Assembly (NCBI GenBank): GCA_964270895.1
Contig: OZ185441.1
From: Podarcis filfolensis
Taxonomy: Eukaryota
Length of the DNA stretch: 64,000 nucleotides
Strand: one strand, 5' to 3'
This document shows, piece by piece, positions 12,421-25,510 of the stretch. Below the pieces are notes generated by a model. That model saw nothing but the letters and a program-made list of their open reading frames with translations, was not told where the DNA came from and did no database searches. Numbering within the stretch: position 1 is the stretch's first letter; every line of letters starts with the position of its first letter. The position numbers were made by a program, and so were the translations under genes.

Positions 12421-13560
12421 TTAGGCCCTTTGCCTAACACTTACACATGCAAAAGATTAGCTAAGTAAAAGTTGGAACAAACTGAAAATATCCTTCCACT
12501 CTCCAAGAAGAAAATGTGAAATCATCATCACTAAGTATCTTCCCTCTTCCCTGTAATCTATAGGCTCTTAAAACTGCCAATTGCCATTTCTGGTCAGCTT
12601 CTGGCAACTTCAAGGTTCTCAAAATTCATTAATTCTTTATACACTTTGTTGTATTTTTAGTGGGTCTGGGGAAAGCAAAGACTTTTCTAAACCTTAGAAT
12701 ATATTGTCTATTGGAGGCCAATTGGAGAAAGGATATTAAAGCTAACACAGCACAAATCAGCATATCATATATTATTGTTTCTATGCTTATCAATTTTTGT
12801 GATGGAACCAGAGGGAGACATTAGTTTTCTATTGCTTTCAGTTGGAGAGAGACACTACTGATATTCAATAAACTTGTTATGGGATTGCTACAGTATTTGC
12901 TTATCCCAGCAGGTGTTAACGCAAATATGGATGAGTGGGAGCAGCAGCAGAAATATCAAGTATATGGGCATATCCCCATGCCCAACTTATCAGCGATATG
13001 AGGAAAGAGGTTACATGTTTCACACATTTAGCCACTTCCAATCCAACAACCATTCAAAAGCAAACCGTTTCATGTTTAATTTGCAGGTTCCTTTGAAATC
13101 CTCTGGAAATCTAATGCCCACGCCTAAGGCCATAGAGGAAAGATAATGCTTTTTATTTGTCTGGCATTTCCTGCGATGGTTGCCAATTGATGTTCAGGCA
13201 GTAGAAGGTAAATAATTTTATTTATGTATTTCAGAGCTTTTATGCCCTGCCATATCATACACTTATCTCATAAACTTATGCTGTTTTCTAAAGATCAAGG
13301 TGCTGTGAAGTGTACAAGAGCAGGATAGCTCTTTTTTCTGATCCGTTGGCATCCTGCAAGCACTATGGCATGGGCTGTTCACAATGCTGCCGAACATAGG
13401 TCCCTTTCTCTCTGGCAATCAAGGAGCACTGAGAGTATAAAAGGGAATAGTTTCCCTACTTTTCTAATGAGCATCTATGCAGACTTGCAATAGAAAAATT
13501 AGAAGAATGTAATCCAGTGTAATACCTAATCCAGTGGCCAGTCAGATACATATGAGATGC

Positions 13561-13610
13561 AGGTAAAGGTAAGCCGTTGACTGGTCCTTTACCTTTACCT
13601 TACCTTACCT
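13561..13610 (+). mobile_element. 50-bp retro-insertion made of (ACCTT/ACCTTT)n tail with an inverted 5' part; 14-bp TSD
   Basis: tacatatgagatgc occurs at 13547-13560 and 13611-13624; the tail is the same type as the Sauria SINE tails at 28645 and 61230. Confidence 0.85.
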
Positions 13611-14019
13611 TACATATGAGATGCTCCCAAGCATGACACAAGCACAGTCCCATTCTCCTAGTAATTCAGAGGCATCTCAATTCATGCTCAGGTCTTTGAG
13701 AACACCTAATTAATCTGTATCAAGGATCAACAGATTATAAGGGGCTCTGGAAATAAGGTTTGGACGAGCAGAAATAAAGCTACCCTTCTCCTTAATGAAA
13801 ATCAAATGACGTAGACTAAGCATAGACACTGGGTGGCTGCGACACATTTGGACTACCACAACTTCCCCTCCTGGCTATGCTTAGTTTCTTCTCGATCTAT
13901 CAGGCTCTCAGATGAATAGGTATGCATGGGTGCGGTAGGAGGATAGGGGAACAAGACTTAAAAGTGCCTGGATGTAGGCCATGGGCAATATGTTTCCTTC
14001 CCCTTGTGTAAACAAAATG

Positions 14020-14550
14020 GAAACTAAAGCAAGTCAAGGGATAAATAATGTACATTTAAGTGTGCTTGGGAATGCCCCCTTTGGCAATTCTAATTCGTGT
14101 TAGTGATTATGATAATAGAACAAGGCCATAGCATTTACTGCAAATTAATTAATCTGGAATAAGAGTGTGATCTTGTTAATGCCCCATGGGACACTCACAT
14201 TTGTACAATTTTATGTTAAAGATTATTCTGCAAGAAATGTTAATCATCTGATGCCTGGCTTGATATTCTGTCAAACATGCACACACAGAAATAAAAATTA
14301 AATTGCAATGAAAAGACTAATTTGCCCTTTAGCAAATGTAGGTGTTACACTGTGGCGTTTCTTTTTAATCAAAGTAGAGCAAGACAGGGGAAAATTAATG
14401 TCAACAACATAATTTACAAAAATAGCCCTCCTGCTCTGTTGCTCACAAATATTTTCAAAAACAGCGCTCTGCATGCCAACGCTTTGGCTTGATGTAGTTT
14501 ACTTTTGTGTCATTAACACTCTGTGCCGTAAGCATAACTCAGAACTAGGG
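14020..14550. promoter_or_regulatory. Candidate intronic enhancer just 3' of the giant exon
   Basis: No recognisable repeat; dense TAAT/TAATTA motifs; EBF-like CCCCATGGGA at 14182-14191. Confidence 0.35.
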
Positions 14551-14869
14551 ATTCCAACTCGAAATGAACCTCAGCTAAGATTCCAGCTCTCAGTTGTGCT
14601 GGCATGAAGATTATTCTCTTCAGTGATAAAGAAGACAATATCCTAGGGAGACTGGAATTAGTCCTACTCTGCATCATTCAAGCCAAAACACAAGGCTTAT
14701 CAAGAAGCAAGTAATTGCTAGCTAGCTAATGGCTATGGGAGAGACACCACACATTCCGGCTAAGCATATCCTGGCAAATAACTAGCAAAATAAAAAATAA
14801 AAAATGATACTATGCATTTTTTTAAAAAAAATCAAAGGTCTGTTTTTAAGCAAAGAGAGAGAGAATTAC

Positions 14870-17800
14870 CTCTTCAGATTGAGATGGACTGATTCTGGGC
14901 ATTGGTGATACCTGTGGTGTTTTCAGATGTGTACTATTGCTGTCCGGAATGAGCTCTCTATGGACTGACTGGATGTGGTTTTGAAGTTCACTTTCTGATT
15001 CAAATTTAACATTGCAACTTGAACAGCGAGTCTTCAACCCTCCTGCTTTGCTTTTGTTCTCTGTGGAACTCAAGTTCTCATTCTGGCCCATGCCTTGCCT
15101 ATTACTGCTGGAAGGGATGTTGACACTTGGACTGCCACTTTTGCTGAGATTAACACAGGCGGCACACAGACCATATGGCAGGCCATTGATGTCAAGTTTC
15201 ACCAAGTCCTGTTTTGAACGGAATTCCTTTAGGCAAGAAGCACATTTGTACAGTTTCTGGAGATGCTGCACTCGCCCTGTGGCCTGCACTGCTGAAGTGC
15301 TGCTCGTCTTCTGCATGTGAAATGTCCCATGGATCTTCAGCTCCAAAGTGGAAGTCACTGTTTGCATACATACCACACAACGGAATCCCGTCAAGGAGTT
15401 TCGCAAATCAGGGTGCATCTGACAATGCTCCAAAAATTCTTCCTCGCTCTGAAGAGGCATTTTGCAAATTCTGCAATTCCCTGTATCTAGGCTCTTACTA
15501 TGTGTGACTTTATGTTCTGTAAGAGTCAGAAGAGACGGAAATCGCTCGCCGCATATTGGGCACATATAGTGTTTCACTGGACCCAAATGTGTCTGCATGT
15601 GTTCACGGAGTCCGTTTTCTGAAAAGAACGTCCGAGAGCACACATTGCACTTGTAGTTCCCTTTAATCAGTTCTGCCTTTTTCTTAATTATGGCACTTTC
15701 CCCAGGTCGGATGTTGTGATCTCGCAGCTGGTGATTTTGCAGGAGAGACTCCATTGTATAGGCCGCCCCGCAAATATCACATCCGTACATTGGCTCAGAT
15801 GTATCGACGTCTTCTTCACTGCCATCATGGCTATTGTGTGACTCCTGGCTATTTGTCAGCAAGGTCTGTAGCTCTACTTCTTCTTTCTGAACTGGCTCAG
15901 ATGCTCCATTGGTTCCACAATTAGGGGTTTTTGTTTCAAAGACGCAGTGCTTTTCCCTCAAGTGTTTCTCCAGCAGTATGATGGCATGAAATGCTTTGCT
16001 GCAAAACTTGCAGTTGTACTTTTTGCTGTGTGTTGTGATGTGGCACTGCAGCTCCACCTCAGTACCAAAGGACTCGCCACAAAAGATACACTTGTGCACT
16101 TTCCCTTGGTTCTCGAGATGGTTGTGTTTGACATGGAGCTGCAAGTCCGTCTCGTTGCGGAAATCCCAGTTGCAGGAGGTGCACCTGTACACCTTCTTTT
16201 CGTTGCTGTGCTTCACGGCCAGGTGAAGCTGAATGGAGACCTTTGAATCAAACACCTCTTGGCACAAAGTGCAGCGGAAAAACACGAAGGTATGCATGTC
16301 AAGCAAGTGCTTCTGCAAGTCATCCACTGAAGTAAACTGTTTGTCACAACTTTCACAGATGTAATAAGTGGAGGTTATCATGAAGTGGATGGTCACGTGC
16401 TTCAGCAGGGACTCTTGGTTTGGAAACTCCTTGTTGCACTGAGGACAAGTCAGTTTGGGTAGGACAGTGTCAAGGTGTGTTTTTAAGTGAGTCTGGAAAC
16501 CATCCAAGGAAGTGTACTTAGCACCACACTGATTGCAAATGTATTCTCCAGTAGGGCGTGGAGGGACACCACCAACAGCTTGCATCATCTTTAAAGAAGC
16601 CTGCTCTATAGTCACTGGAGATAAGGGGCTCATGGCTCTAGATTTCTTTCCATTATGAATGTAGTTTAGCGCTAACGGAATGTTCTTGTGATTTTCCTTT
16701 ATATGTTTATTCAGTTTAAGAACACTATTAAATATTGGGGAATTTGTACAATAAGAACAAGAATATACTTCCACAACCGGGTCCTTGGGGGTTCCCAGCA
16801 CAGGAGAACCAAAACGGGAGCTACTGAGATCACAATGGACTTGTCTAATATGCTCTTCCAAAGAAGAATCAGTAAGAAATCCCATGTAACAATGGGGACA
16901 AAAGAACGCATTACTGTCCTTAGCAGCTGGATTTGCAAATCCGTGATTACATCTAATGTGTTCCTGAAGAGTGTTGAGGTCATTGAAAACTTCCGAGCAG
17001 AAGTTGCACTGGTAGATCATAGCAGGCATGGTCGAAACAATCAGCGCAGGATCTGGGCCTTCGTGTATTTGTTTAAGATGCTCGTTCAGATTGTAAAGCG
17101 AAGGTAATACTTCTAAACAATACTGGCAAATATGGGCCTGTTCGGGTTTATCTAAATGCATAGTTTTCAGGTGTATCTGGAGCACTGCAAGGCTTGAAAA
17201 CAATTGCTTGCTGCAGTATATGCAGCTGTAGGTAACCTTGGCTTGCTTGCTTGAAGGCCCCGTGATATCTGTCACTTGTTGGGCTGCCCGTTTTCTTCCA
17301 CGGCCTTTTGTTATGGGGGGAGCTGTTTCAACCATAGTTGAACTGTCCACTGAGAGGTTTGAATCTGGTGTAGTGCTAGACACTGAGGTGTAGCCAACAG
17401 TCACTAAAGAGGGGCTGTTGCTATGGTTGCATGATTCGGGCTGCTGGTGGCTATCCATGTGGCTATACAGCTCTTCAACACTATGGAAGTTCTCTGAGCA
17501 AATACTGCACATGTGTTTCTTTTCCGCTCCATTGTGAGCCTGCTCCATGTGGTTTACAAGGGAACTTTCCTCTACAAAGAGTTCGTGGCAGTAAACGCAC
17601 TGAAGAGCAGCTCTGTCTTCATTCGGGGAACACTCCGGGTGGCATTCTGCTATGTGCTTCTGAAGGTCTTCGGGGAAATCAAAACCTTCTTCACATTGAC
17701 TGCACTTCTGAGTGTCCTTCATTTTCCAGTCCTCCATCCGGGAGGCAGACTGAGAACCATCTTTGTTCCTCTCGTGGACTTGCATGTGACCGTGAAGCGA

Positions 17801-18225
17801 ACTAGAGGAGAGGAACCCGCGCCGGCAAATGGCACACTTATATGGCTTGTTAGAGGTATGAGTCTTTAGGTGGATTTTAAGGTGATCGCTTCTCGAAAAT
17901 GCTGCATCGCACTCGCTGCAGTGGTATTTCTTATCTCCCGTGTGGAGTTTGATGTGGCGATCTCTGCTCCGCTTGTGTTTGAAAAGGCGGCTGCAATACG
18001 TGCACTTGAAAGGGAGCTTGTCGCTGTGACTTTGCTCGTGGTGCTTCAAATAGCTGAGGCGGCTAAACGACTTGTCGCAAAACTGGCAGGGGTAGGGCAG
18101 TCCAGGAACACCTTCTTCTTCGCCAAAATCACAGCCGTCTCCATGGCTTGGGGAAGTCTGATCTTTGCTTGAAGGTGAAGAAGCTGGCCATGAGCAGGAA
18201 GGGTCATCCTCAATGTCTACTCCAT
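14870..18225 (-). CDS. ZNF521: ZNF521 giant internal coding exon (exon 4 equivalent): 25 canonical C2H2 fingers plus one atypical C4-like finger
   Basis: The translation ([29 protein letters not shown]...[21 protein letters not shown]...[24 protein letters not shown]...[10 protein letters not shown]) matches ZNF521 as I recall it, not its paralog ZNF423. Acceptor is cctccctttttccag|ATGGAG at 18225 (phase 1). Donor is GAAGAG|gtaatt at 14870 (phase 0). Length 3356 = 2 + 3x1118. The ORF track's first 'M' is a TTG Leu, and its final VILSLFA is intron read-through. Confidence 0.98.
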
Positions 18226-20995
18226 CTGGAAAAAGGGAGGTAAGAGAAGCAAACGGTTAAGGGCTTCCTCTTCAGACGGTACTTGTCATGAATATATACA
18301 TTTGATCAGAAATGTACTGAAATGCGCATGCAATTGTACAACATCGGCAGGCTGCCTTCTGCACCCGCACCCATCTTCTATAATATACTAATTCAAATTG
18401 GATGGTAAACTAGAAAAAGCCATGAAATCGGTCTGTTCCCGCATTATCCTTTTATTGCTTTTATCATTTGTAGTTGCTTGATGCGTATTATACATTGACA
18501 TCTTTATTAAAATGCAGATTTTAATATACTTAATGTGTCTTTTGTATCCACCATAAAATGATTTGTATACTACGGGAACAACTGGAAGTGCCAACCAGGG
18601 AAAAAGTATTAGAAAATTATTTCAAAATTAAGAGTCACCCGCATGCCTAATATTTAATAAAAACAGAGTAATTCAAATTTCTCACTTTTGTATTAAACTT
18701 GGTCCTGAAAAGAACATAGTTTAATGGATTATTAGCTACCAGAGTTAAGGAAGAAAGCATAAAACAGAATGAAAAAAATATCTTCAGAAACACGCTGTTG
18801 GGATCTGGTGACACCCTCTACTACTTTGCTGCAGTTTCCCACTTGAACTCAGATAATTTAGCAGCTACTAACCAGCACCGAAATAAATACATGGCTAATA
18901 ACACGTGAGTTTGTATTAGGTTTATATTGAGTCAGCTAGGGTTAAGTGAAAGGAGTGAACTTCACAAAAGCTAGATTCGAACCGTGTATTATCTTCTTCT
19001 AAAGTTCAAGAGGTTGCCCACCATTTCTTCCTCTTTGCAAAAAAACTTTACTGGCGGAATTTCCTTAGTAAAACAGAGCCCAAACATTTAGGTGATCATA
19101 GACAAAGCAACTTGCAAAAAAACTGGAAACAGGAACAAATGACAAATTATTATGGTAAAAGCTGAAAGATTTATGAGTAACAATGAAAAGACAAACAAGA
19201 ACATATGCCAAGTAGTAACCAAAACGACTTAGCTATTATACTACTTCATTTCTGGGTTTTAGGCTGAAACCTATAGAAACCAATGTGTCAATTTCTTTTT
19301 TAGATGGAGAATGTCTACAAATCACTTATGACAGAAAATACTCTAAGAAGAAGTGTTTCACTGCTGGAGTCAAAAATTAGTTAATTCAAAATACTTGTAT
19401 TGTTATATATTAACATAATTTTATGCTGATTTTAGTTCCATTTATATACAACTGTTTATTCTGACAAATGATTTGTTGCTAGTTATTTAGAGCTCAAACT
19501 AGCACAAAGTTCTCTTGCCCACATCCACTGAAGTGAGTGAGCGCTATGCAAGAAACTACCCATTAATCTCAAAAGGATATGCACAGGAAAAATTCCTAGT
19601 GCATATTCTTAACAAAACCATTCATTTTAGTGTTTAAAACACTGATCTAGCAAACGAAACACCTGACAAAACAAAACCTTTATTTATTTATATTATAGGT
19701 AATAATATTTCTTGCAATACCAAGTCAATTAGAATAATAACATTTTTTAAAAACAAAAACCCTGAATAATCATCCTTGGAGAAATCATATATTAAATGTG
19801 TGCCGATAAATAAATAAATTCAAAACTCCTTAATACCTACAGTCTCTAAAAGGCAAATTATTTATCATACAACACAAAAGCCACAATTGGCTTACAGCAA
19901 AACACTCCAAGTCTGCTTTCTTTAAGGTAACAAGATTTCACTAGATTGTGAACTTTATGCTTATCCACAGGAAACAGAAGAGGATTTGTCCTTTTCCTGC
20001 ATTTCGAAACCGATAACAACACCATCTCACTATCAATGCCAGACAGCAACCATCTAACTCTGAGAAAACAACCAATACCATTCCTGGATCCTTGCCCATT
20101 GCAACAATGCTTTTAAGTGCAAGCTGAACAGTGGACAGGTTGTGTCCTCTTCTTTATTACTCAGAGGCTGTCCGCAAGCTATGCCCGATTCCTGTCAGGA
20201 TCTTCAAACTGCTCCATGATCCAAAAAGATTAAAAATTAAATGGGCTACCACACAGGGAACATCTTGTGGATAAGGCAGCCTACCAATATGGGAAGAAGC
20301 ACAGAAGTCAGATTTGACTTCACCTGTCCCGTGTTCTGTCTTCTAGACAAAATATTTTATAGTAAGTAGGCTACATTCATTAGGGCAATACCTTCTCTAA
20401 ATATCACTGTGCGAGTCCCATTGGAATTTGTGGGTTCATGATAAAATAAACCTCACCAGTCTTTTCCTCTTAGGTCAAATGTTTATTTCCTTATTTTCAT
20501 ATAGCATCATCAATGTGCATGATGCTTCACAGAATGCAAAGGGACAAAAGTTAATTGCTTCCTTTACACAAAGTTAGGCTTGATCACACACTTAGGGCAG
20601 GATTCTCCTCCCCCCCTCCCCCCCCCCCGCATACCCCTTGCACCCACTAAAATGGACTTGGGAGAATCCCCAGAACAACAAGAAAACAACAGAAAAGATG
20701 GGGGGGGGGTCGTTCCATCTGGCAAGTTGCAATGCTTGTAATAGCACAATGTTGAACTCCATTCTTCATTGTGGCAGTACATGAGGTCTAGGGATGTTGT
20801 GCCAAAGACTCCATGCAAAACATAGGTTTTAAGGAGTTATTTGAAGGATGTGAAGTTGTGTTCTGTGAGGTGTTTTCAAGCACAAAGGGCAGCAAGGTAG
20901 AAAAAGCAGATATGTTTGAGGGAGACAGTGCAGGATGCCAGAGCTAGAGAAGGGAAAGGCACAGAAAGCAATGTATAAGAAGAAATGATCTTAGA

Positions 20996-21313
20996 CAGGG
21001 GTCAGCAAACTTTTTAAGTGGGGGGGGGTCCACTGTCCCTCAGACCTTGTGGGGAGCCAGACTATAATTTGAATAACTAAAGAATGAATTTCTATGCCCC
21101 ACAAATAACCCAGAGACGCATTTTAAATAAAAGCACACATTCTACTCATGTAAAAACACCAGGCGGGCCCCACAAATAACCCAGATGCATTTTAAACAAA
21201 AGGACACATTCTACGCATGTAAAAACACGCTGATTCCTGGACCGTCCGTGGGCCTTAGTTTAGAAGGCGATTGGGCCGGATCCGGCCCCCGGGCTTTAGT
21301 TTGCCTACCCACG
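20996..21313. mobile_element. hAT-type MITE with perfect 8-bp TSD (atcttaga) and an internal tandem duplication of about 70 bp
   Basis: caggggtcagcaaact ... agtttgcctacccacg; TSD at 20988-20995 and 21314-21321; the gccccacaaataacccaga...catgtaaaaacac unit is present twice. Confidence 0.88.
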
Positions 21314-21501
21314 ATCTTAGAGGTGGGAGAGGCCATGGAGAGCTTTAAACAAAAGGTCAAAGAGGAACATCACATTACACAAATTACAAAACTTCAGATG
21401 TAACTTTACCAATATAACTTCTCCATTATCTCATAATTTCACCTGACAAATCCTAATGTACACATGTTAACATGTGCAAATGTGTCTATACATAATGCAT
21501 A

Positions 21502-21502
<1 letters not shown>

Positions 21503-21533
<31 letters not shown>
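21503..21533. repeat. (CA)n microsatellite
   Basis: Direct reading. Confidence 0.97.
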
Positions 21534-21534
<1 letters not shown>

Positions 21535-22435
21535 ACAGACCCCCTTGACAGAATTTTGGACCTCAGGAAAGTCCCTCATTACCACCCCTTTGTCTCTCCT
21601 TTATCCCACATCACCCTCACCCCTTGGCAGTTCTTTTCCTTTGGGTTCCTTTAGGGGAAAGGGCTGTCTTGAAATATTTCCTGCCTGCCGGATTACAGCT
21701 CCTCAGGGCATGATCTGAGGCGAAGGACCAGCTTCCCCTCCCCTCCTGAAGTGCTCAGCCAGGAAGGGAGGGAGGGGGGAAACCTCCAGGCATATGGCTT
21801 GGCTCCCTGAAGAATCAAGTCCTGAGCATTCTTTCCATGTCCCCAGCCCTTCCAAGAACACTCCACCCACCAAAGCACTCTTTTTCTCAAGTCTACTGTC
21901 CTTAAAGGGGCACAAGAAAACCGTTTCAAGGAAAATGATTCATGTTCTGTGAGGAGCACCGATCAACATCAAGCAGCTGGAGCTTCAAATGCAACTGCTT
22001 CATTTCATTGAAACTTTAAGGGATATTCTAGTTTTTGTTTTAAACACCAAAAGCATGATTTTTTTTAACCAGCCCATTCTTTATAAAATTGAATTTATGA
22101 GTAATGCAATTTTGATAAAATTTAAATATTTTATTTATTTTCTAAAGAAAATAATGAATAAATACATACAGCTTTCATCATTATAAAGTATCAGCTAATT
22201 ACATCCTGTGCTTTTCTGTTCCAAACAATTATATATACCTGCTCTGATTCTGACTTCCTTGGTTTCTAACATACAGGACCATTATGCAGATTTTAGTACA
22301 CTAAAAGGGGGGAAACATGAAAAATCAATAACAACAAAACTCACAGCAGCCAACATATCTAGAGGCAAGCAGATCTCCTGGAAGAGGGAATTCCAGAGGC
22401 AAGGGAGCTACCACAGAAAAGGCCTTTTCATGCAT

Positions 22436-23530
22436 TGTCATAGAATCATAGAACTGTAGAGTTGGAAGGGATCCAGGGGGTCATCTAGCCCAATCTCCAA
22501 GGAAGGAGAGTCCACCATCTTGTGAGTCTAGTTCACTGCTGAACAGCTGTTACTGTCAGAAAGTTCTTCCTGATGTTTAGTCAGAATCTTCTTTCTTGTA
22601 CCTTGAAGCCATTGGTTCAGTCCTACGCTCCGGAGCAAGAGAAAACAAGCTTGCTCCATCTTCCATGTGATAGGGGCAAAACTAAGAGCATTTAGCCAGA
22701 ACCTTTACCCCTGGTGATAACTCCAGAGGCTCTTAGCTTGTCAACTATTTTTTACTATCTGGACTTCTCTCCTTCCTAGGCACCCTCCCCTGCAGCCCTG
22801 AGACTCCCATTAACCCCCAAAGTCAAAACAGGGAGCTCAACCAATTCCAGGAGTGAAACACCAGAGCAGCCCTTTGAAAAGAGCAAAGCACACCCAGCAG
22901 AGAAGGTGGGCCAAGAAGCAGCTTTCAGGTTTGCAAGTTGCTATGGAGAGAACTGTATGTGTATGTTTGTCCCATTTTTTATTGGTGCAGCTGGTTCTTC
23001 CTACCCGAGTATAGAAGCTTACATTTGTCCCTATTGAAATTCGTTTTGTTACTTTTGGTCCAGTTCTCCAATCTGTTACAGTCATCTTGAATCCCAACGT
23101 TATCTTCTGCAGCATTAGCTACCCCTCTGAGTTTGGTGTCATCTGCAGATTTGATGAGAATCCCCTCAGTTCCTTCACCCAAGTCATTTAAGACATTGAA
23201 CAATGCTGGGCCCAGAATAGGACACTGCAGCACCCCAATGACCATTAATGAGGAACCATTAATGGGTATTCTTTGGGTTTGGTCAGCCAACCACCCACAA
23301 ATCCATCTAACTACGGTAATTCAGTCCATATTTTACCAGTTTCTCCACAAGAATATCAAGGGAGAATTTGTTAAAAGCCTTCCTGAAATAAAGATATACT
23401 ATGTCCACATCATTCCCCTGATCCACCAAGCTTGTAGCTCTCTATATAAAAAAATAGATTTGTCAAGAATGACTTGCTTTTGAGAAACTCATGCTGGGTC
23501 TTAGTAACCACAGCATCCTTTTCTAAGTGC
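22436..23530 (-). mobile_element. CR1 LINE 3' fragment (RT remnant plus tail), about 300 bp of interior replaced
   Basis: Tail tagaatcatagaactgtagagttggaagggat. ORF 22979-23290 gives ILGPALFNVLNDL...LIKSADDTKLRG...IQDDCNRLENW...FNRDKCKLL, a CR1 RT (F/Y)ADD region with substitutions and frameshifts. Confidence 0.9.
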
Positions 23531-25418
23531 TCAGACTGGCTGTTTAATTATGTTTTAGGACCTTAGACATTCCTGAAGGAACAGCAAGAAGGACCTCTAT
23601 GGAAGTTGTCAGTTCTCCTGCAGGATTATATGGAGAAAGGTGTGTTTGGTGTTTTATAAGTCTAAACCAGCACTTTCAAGTTGTAATCAGAAACAAATAG
23701 GCAGCAGAATATTATTCTCCACGACCTTCCAAAATTTAGCACAAAGAAGGCTTACCATATATGATCATAGTTCTCAATATATATGTTATTAATAGCAAAT
23801 TTCCAAAATATGTATTTAATGTTGTGAGAGAGATAGCAAGTTCTTTGGTACAAGAAATAGGCTTTGCAATCACTTGTGATCCCAACTTTTCATGAACTTA
23901 GTTTTAAATGATACGTCCTACAAAGACATGATATATTCTTCTATAAATATTTGTAGAAATACATGAGTGTTTGGAACATTGCACCACTGCTGAGACTCTA
24001 TTGTATTCTTTTTGTAGCTAGTGCCTGATCATTTTACCTATTACCTATTTTACATATTAATGTTACAGTTACTTTACTTATAACTGTTCTCCTCAAACTT
24101 ATTTTGCTTATATTTTGGTATACTTTCCTTTCTTTTAAAAAACTATCTCCCTTTGCTTCCTTCTAAGAGTCTTTCAACTTTAACATGAGACCCCCCACCC
24201 CCACCCCCCAAAAAGAAGATTAATGAACTTCAGAAGCAGCACTGACTTATTCTTATGAATCAGGCCCAAAATGATTCAGTGGAATAATAACCCCTAGTGT
24301 TAAAAGGATATCTCATTTAAAACAATATTAAGACTGCAGAGAGCTAATTATTGCAACTCCATTTTAAAAGTGAAATTCTACATTTTCTACACTGTAAAGG
24401 GATCTCTTGCTGCATTGATACCTGGTAAGATTTCCCATTTGGTATGAACAGAAATTAACAAGAATTTCCTAGGGAAGATTGGAGGGGTGGGCACACGGAG
24501 GAAGGAAGTTGCACATGCAAATTGGGTGAAACAGACTGGGAGATATCCACACAGAGGATCAGCTCTGTACCAAGTAATGGCTGCTCAGAGTTCCACAGAA
24601 GGGGGATAGAAGCAGACCAGGGAGCCTCATGTCACCATTGTGCAATTACACGGAATGTAAGGGAACTCTTTGCTGTACATTATCAAAGCCAAAACACTGG
24701 CAAAGCAAGAGGTACTGACTCCAGAAAGGATATGGAACTAGCAATCATAAAACACATGGGAAATTTGCAGTAGCAGCCATGTTTACTCTAAAATATGGGA
24801 GGAAACAGGCAAAAGCCTTTTGGAAGCTAGCTGAACAGTGTTGCCGCTATCAAGGTAGGGAATAAGTTCTTCCTATAAGGTCCATTGCATTCATATGCCT
24901 TGTTTGTGGATTTAAGATGACCTGCATCACAGTCCTTCCATTCTATGCATTTTGAGGACTGACCAGTATGTTGTGATGAGTTCCATGTTTCTTTTCAAAA
25001 CCTCTCTTTTTCTGCTTTACAAAATGAAGCTTGCTTGTGGCCTTTAAGTGGTCCCTACAGACATTTTGTTTTGTATTCCACCAAGTTTTTTATTGATTTG
25101 ATTGCTGCCTCTCCCCAATACAAATTTATCCGTTTAAAACAATTGTTTTGTTTAACTTTTAAAATTGTAAATCACCTTGTGAGGAAATGAAATAAATAAT
25201 AAACAAAGGGGGGCCTGGGCAACTACTTTTGCACCGCTTTTCTACAGAAAATAACCCACCTATCAAAAGAAAAAAAAAAGGGAGAAGTTGCTTTTACAAA
25301 TACCAGCATCCTCTCAGTAACTTTGGTAAAAGCAGCTGAGGGTAGAAGATTTTCAGCCTGGGAACCTTGTGAGTGGTTTAAGAAGTTGCATAAAAATGCA
25401 GTATTGGCTGCTGCTCAG

Positions 25419-25438
25419 TAGATAGATAGATGATAGAT

Positions 25439-25481
<43 letters not shown>

Positions 25482-25510
25482 GATAGATAGATATAGATAG
25501 ATAGATAGAT
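25419..25510. repeat. (GATA)n tetranucleotide microsatellite, interrupted
   Basis: Direct reading. Confidence 0.97.

Larger units (their letters stand above)
464..14869 (-). other. ZNF521: ZNF521 intron between the giant exon and the 85-nt exon (14,406 bp, GT-AG)
   Basis: Bounded by the two splice sites identified above. Confidence 0.93.

Noticed and set aside
14846-14869. ORF track ending VILSLFA-stop as a real C-terminus or intronic-polyA isoform
   Set aside because: It is read-through of a canonical GAG|GTAATT donor. The true next exon is at 463-379, and the nearest sense AATAAA I found is about 1.6 kb away in AT-rich DNA.
15012-18172. Many overlapping plus-strand and alternate-frame ORFs of 60-140 aa
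   Set aside because: They are shadows of the ZNF521 exon with no recognisable domains
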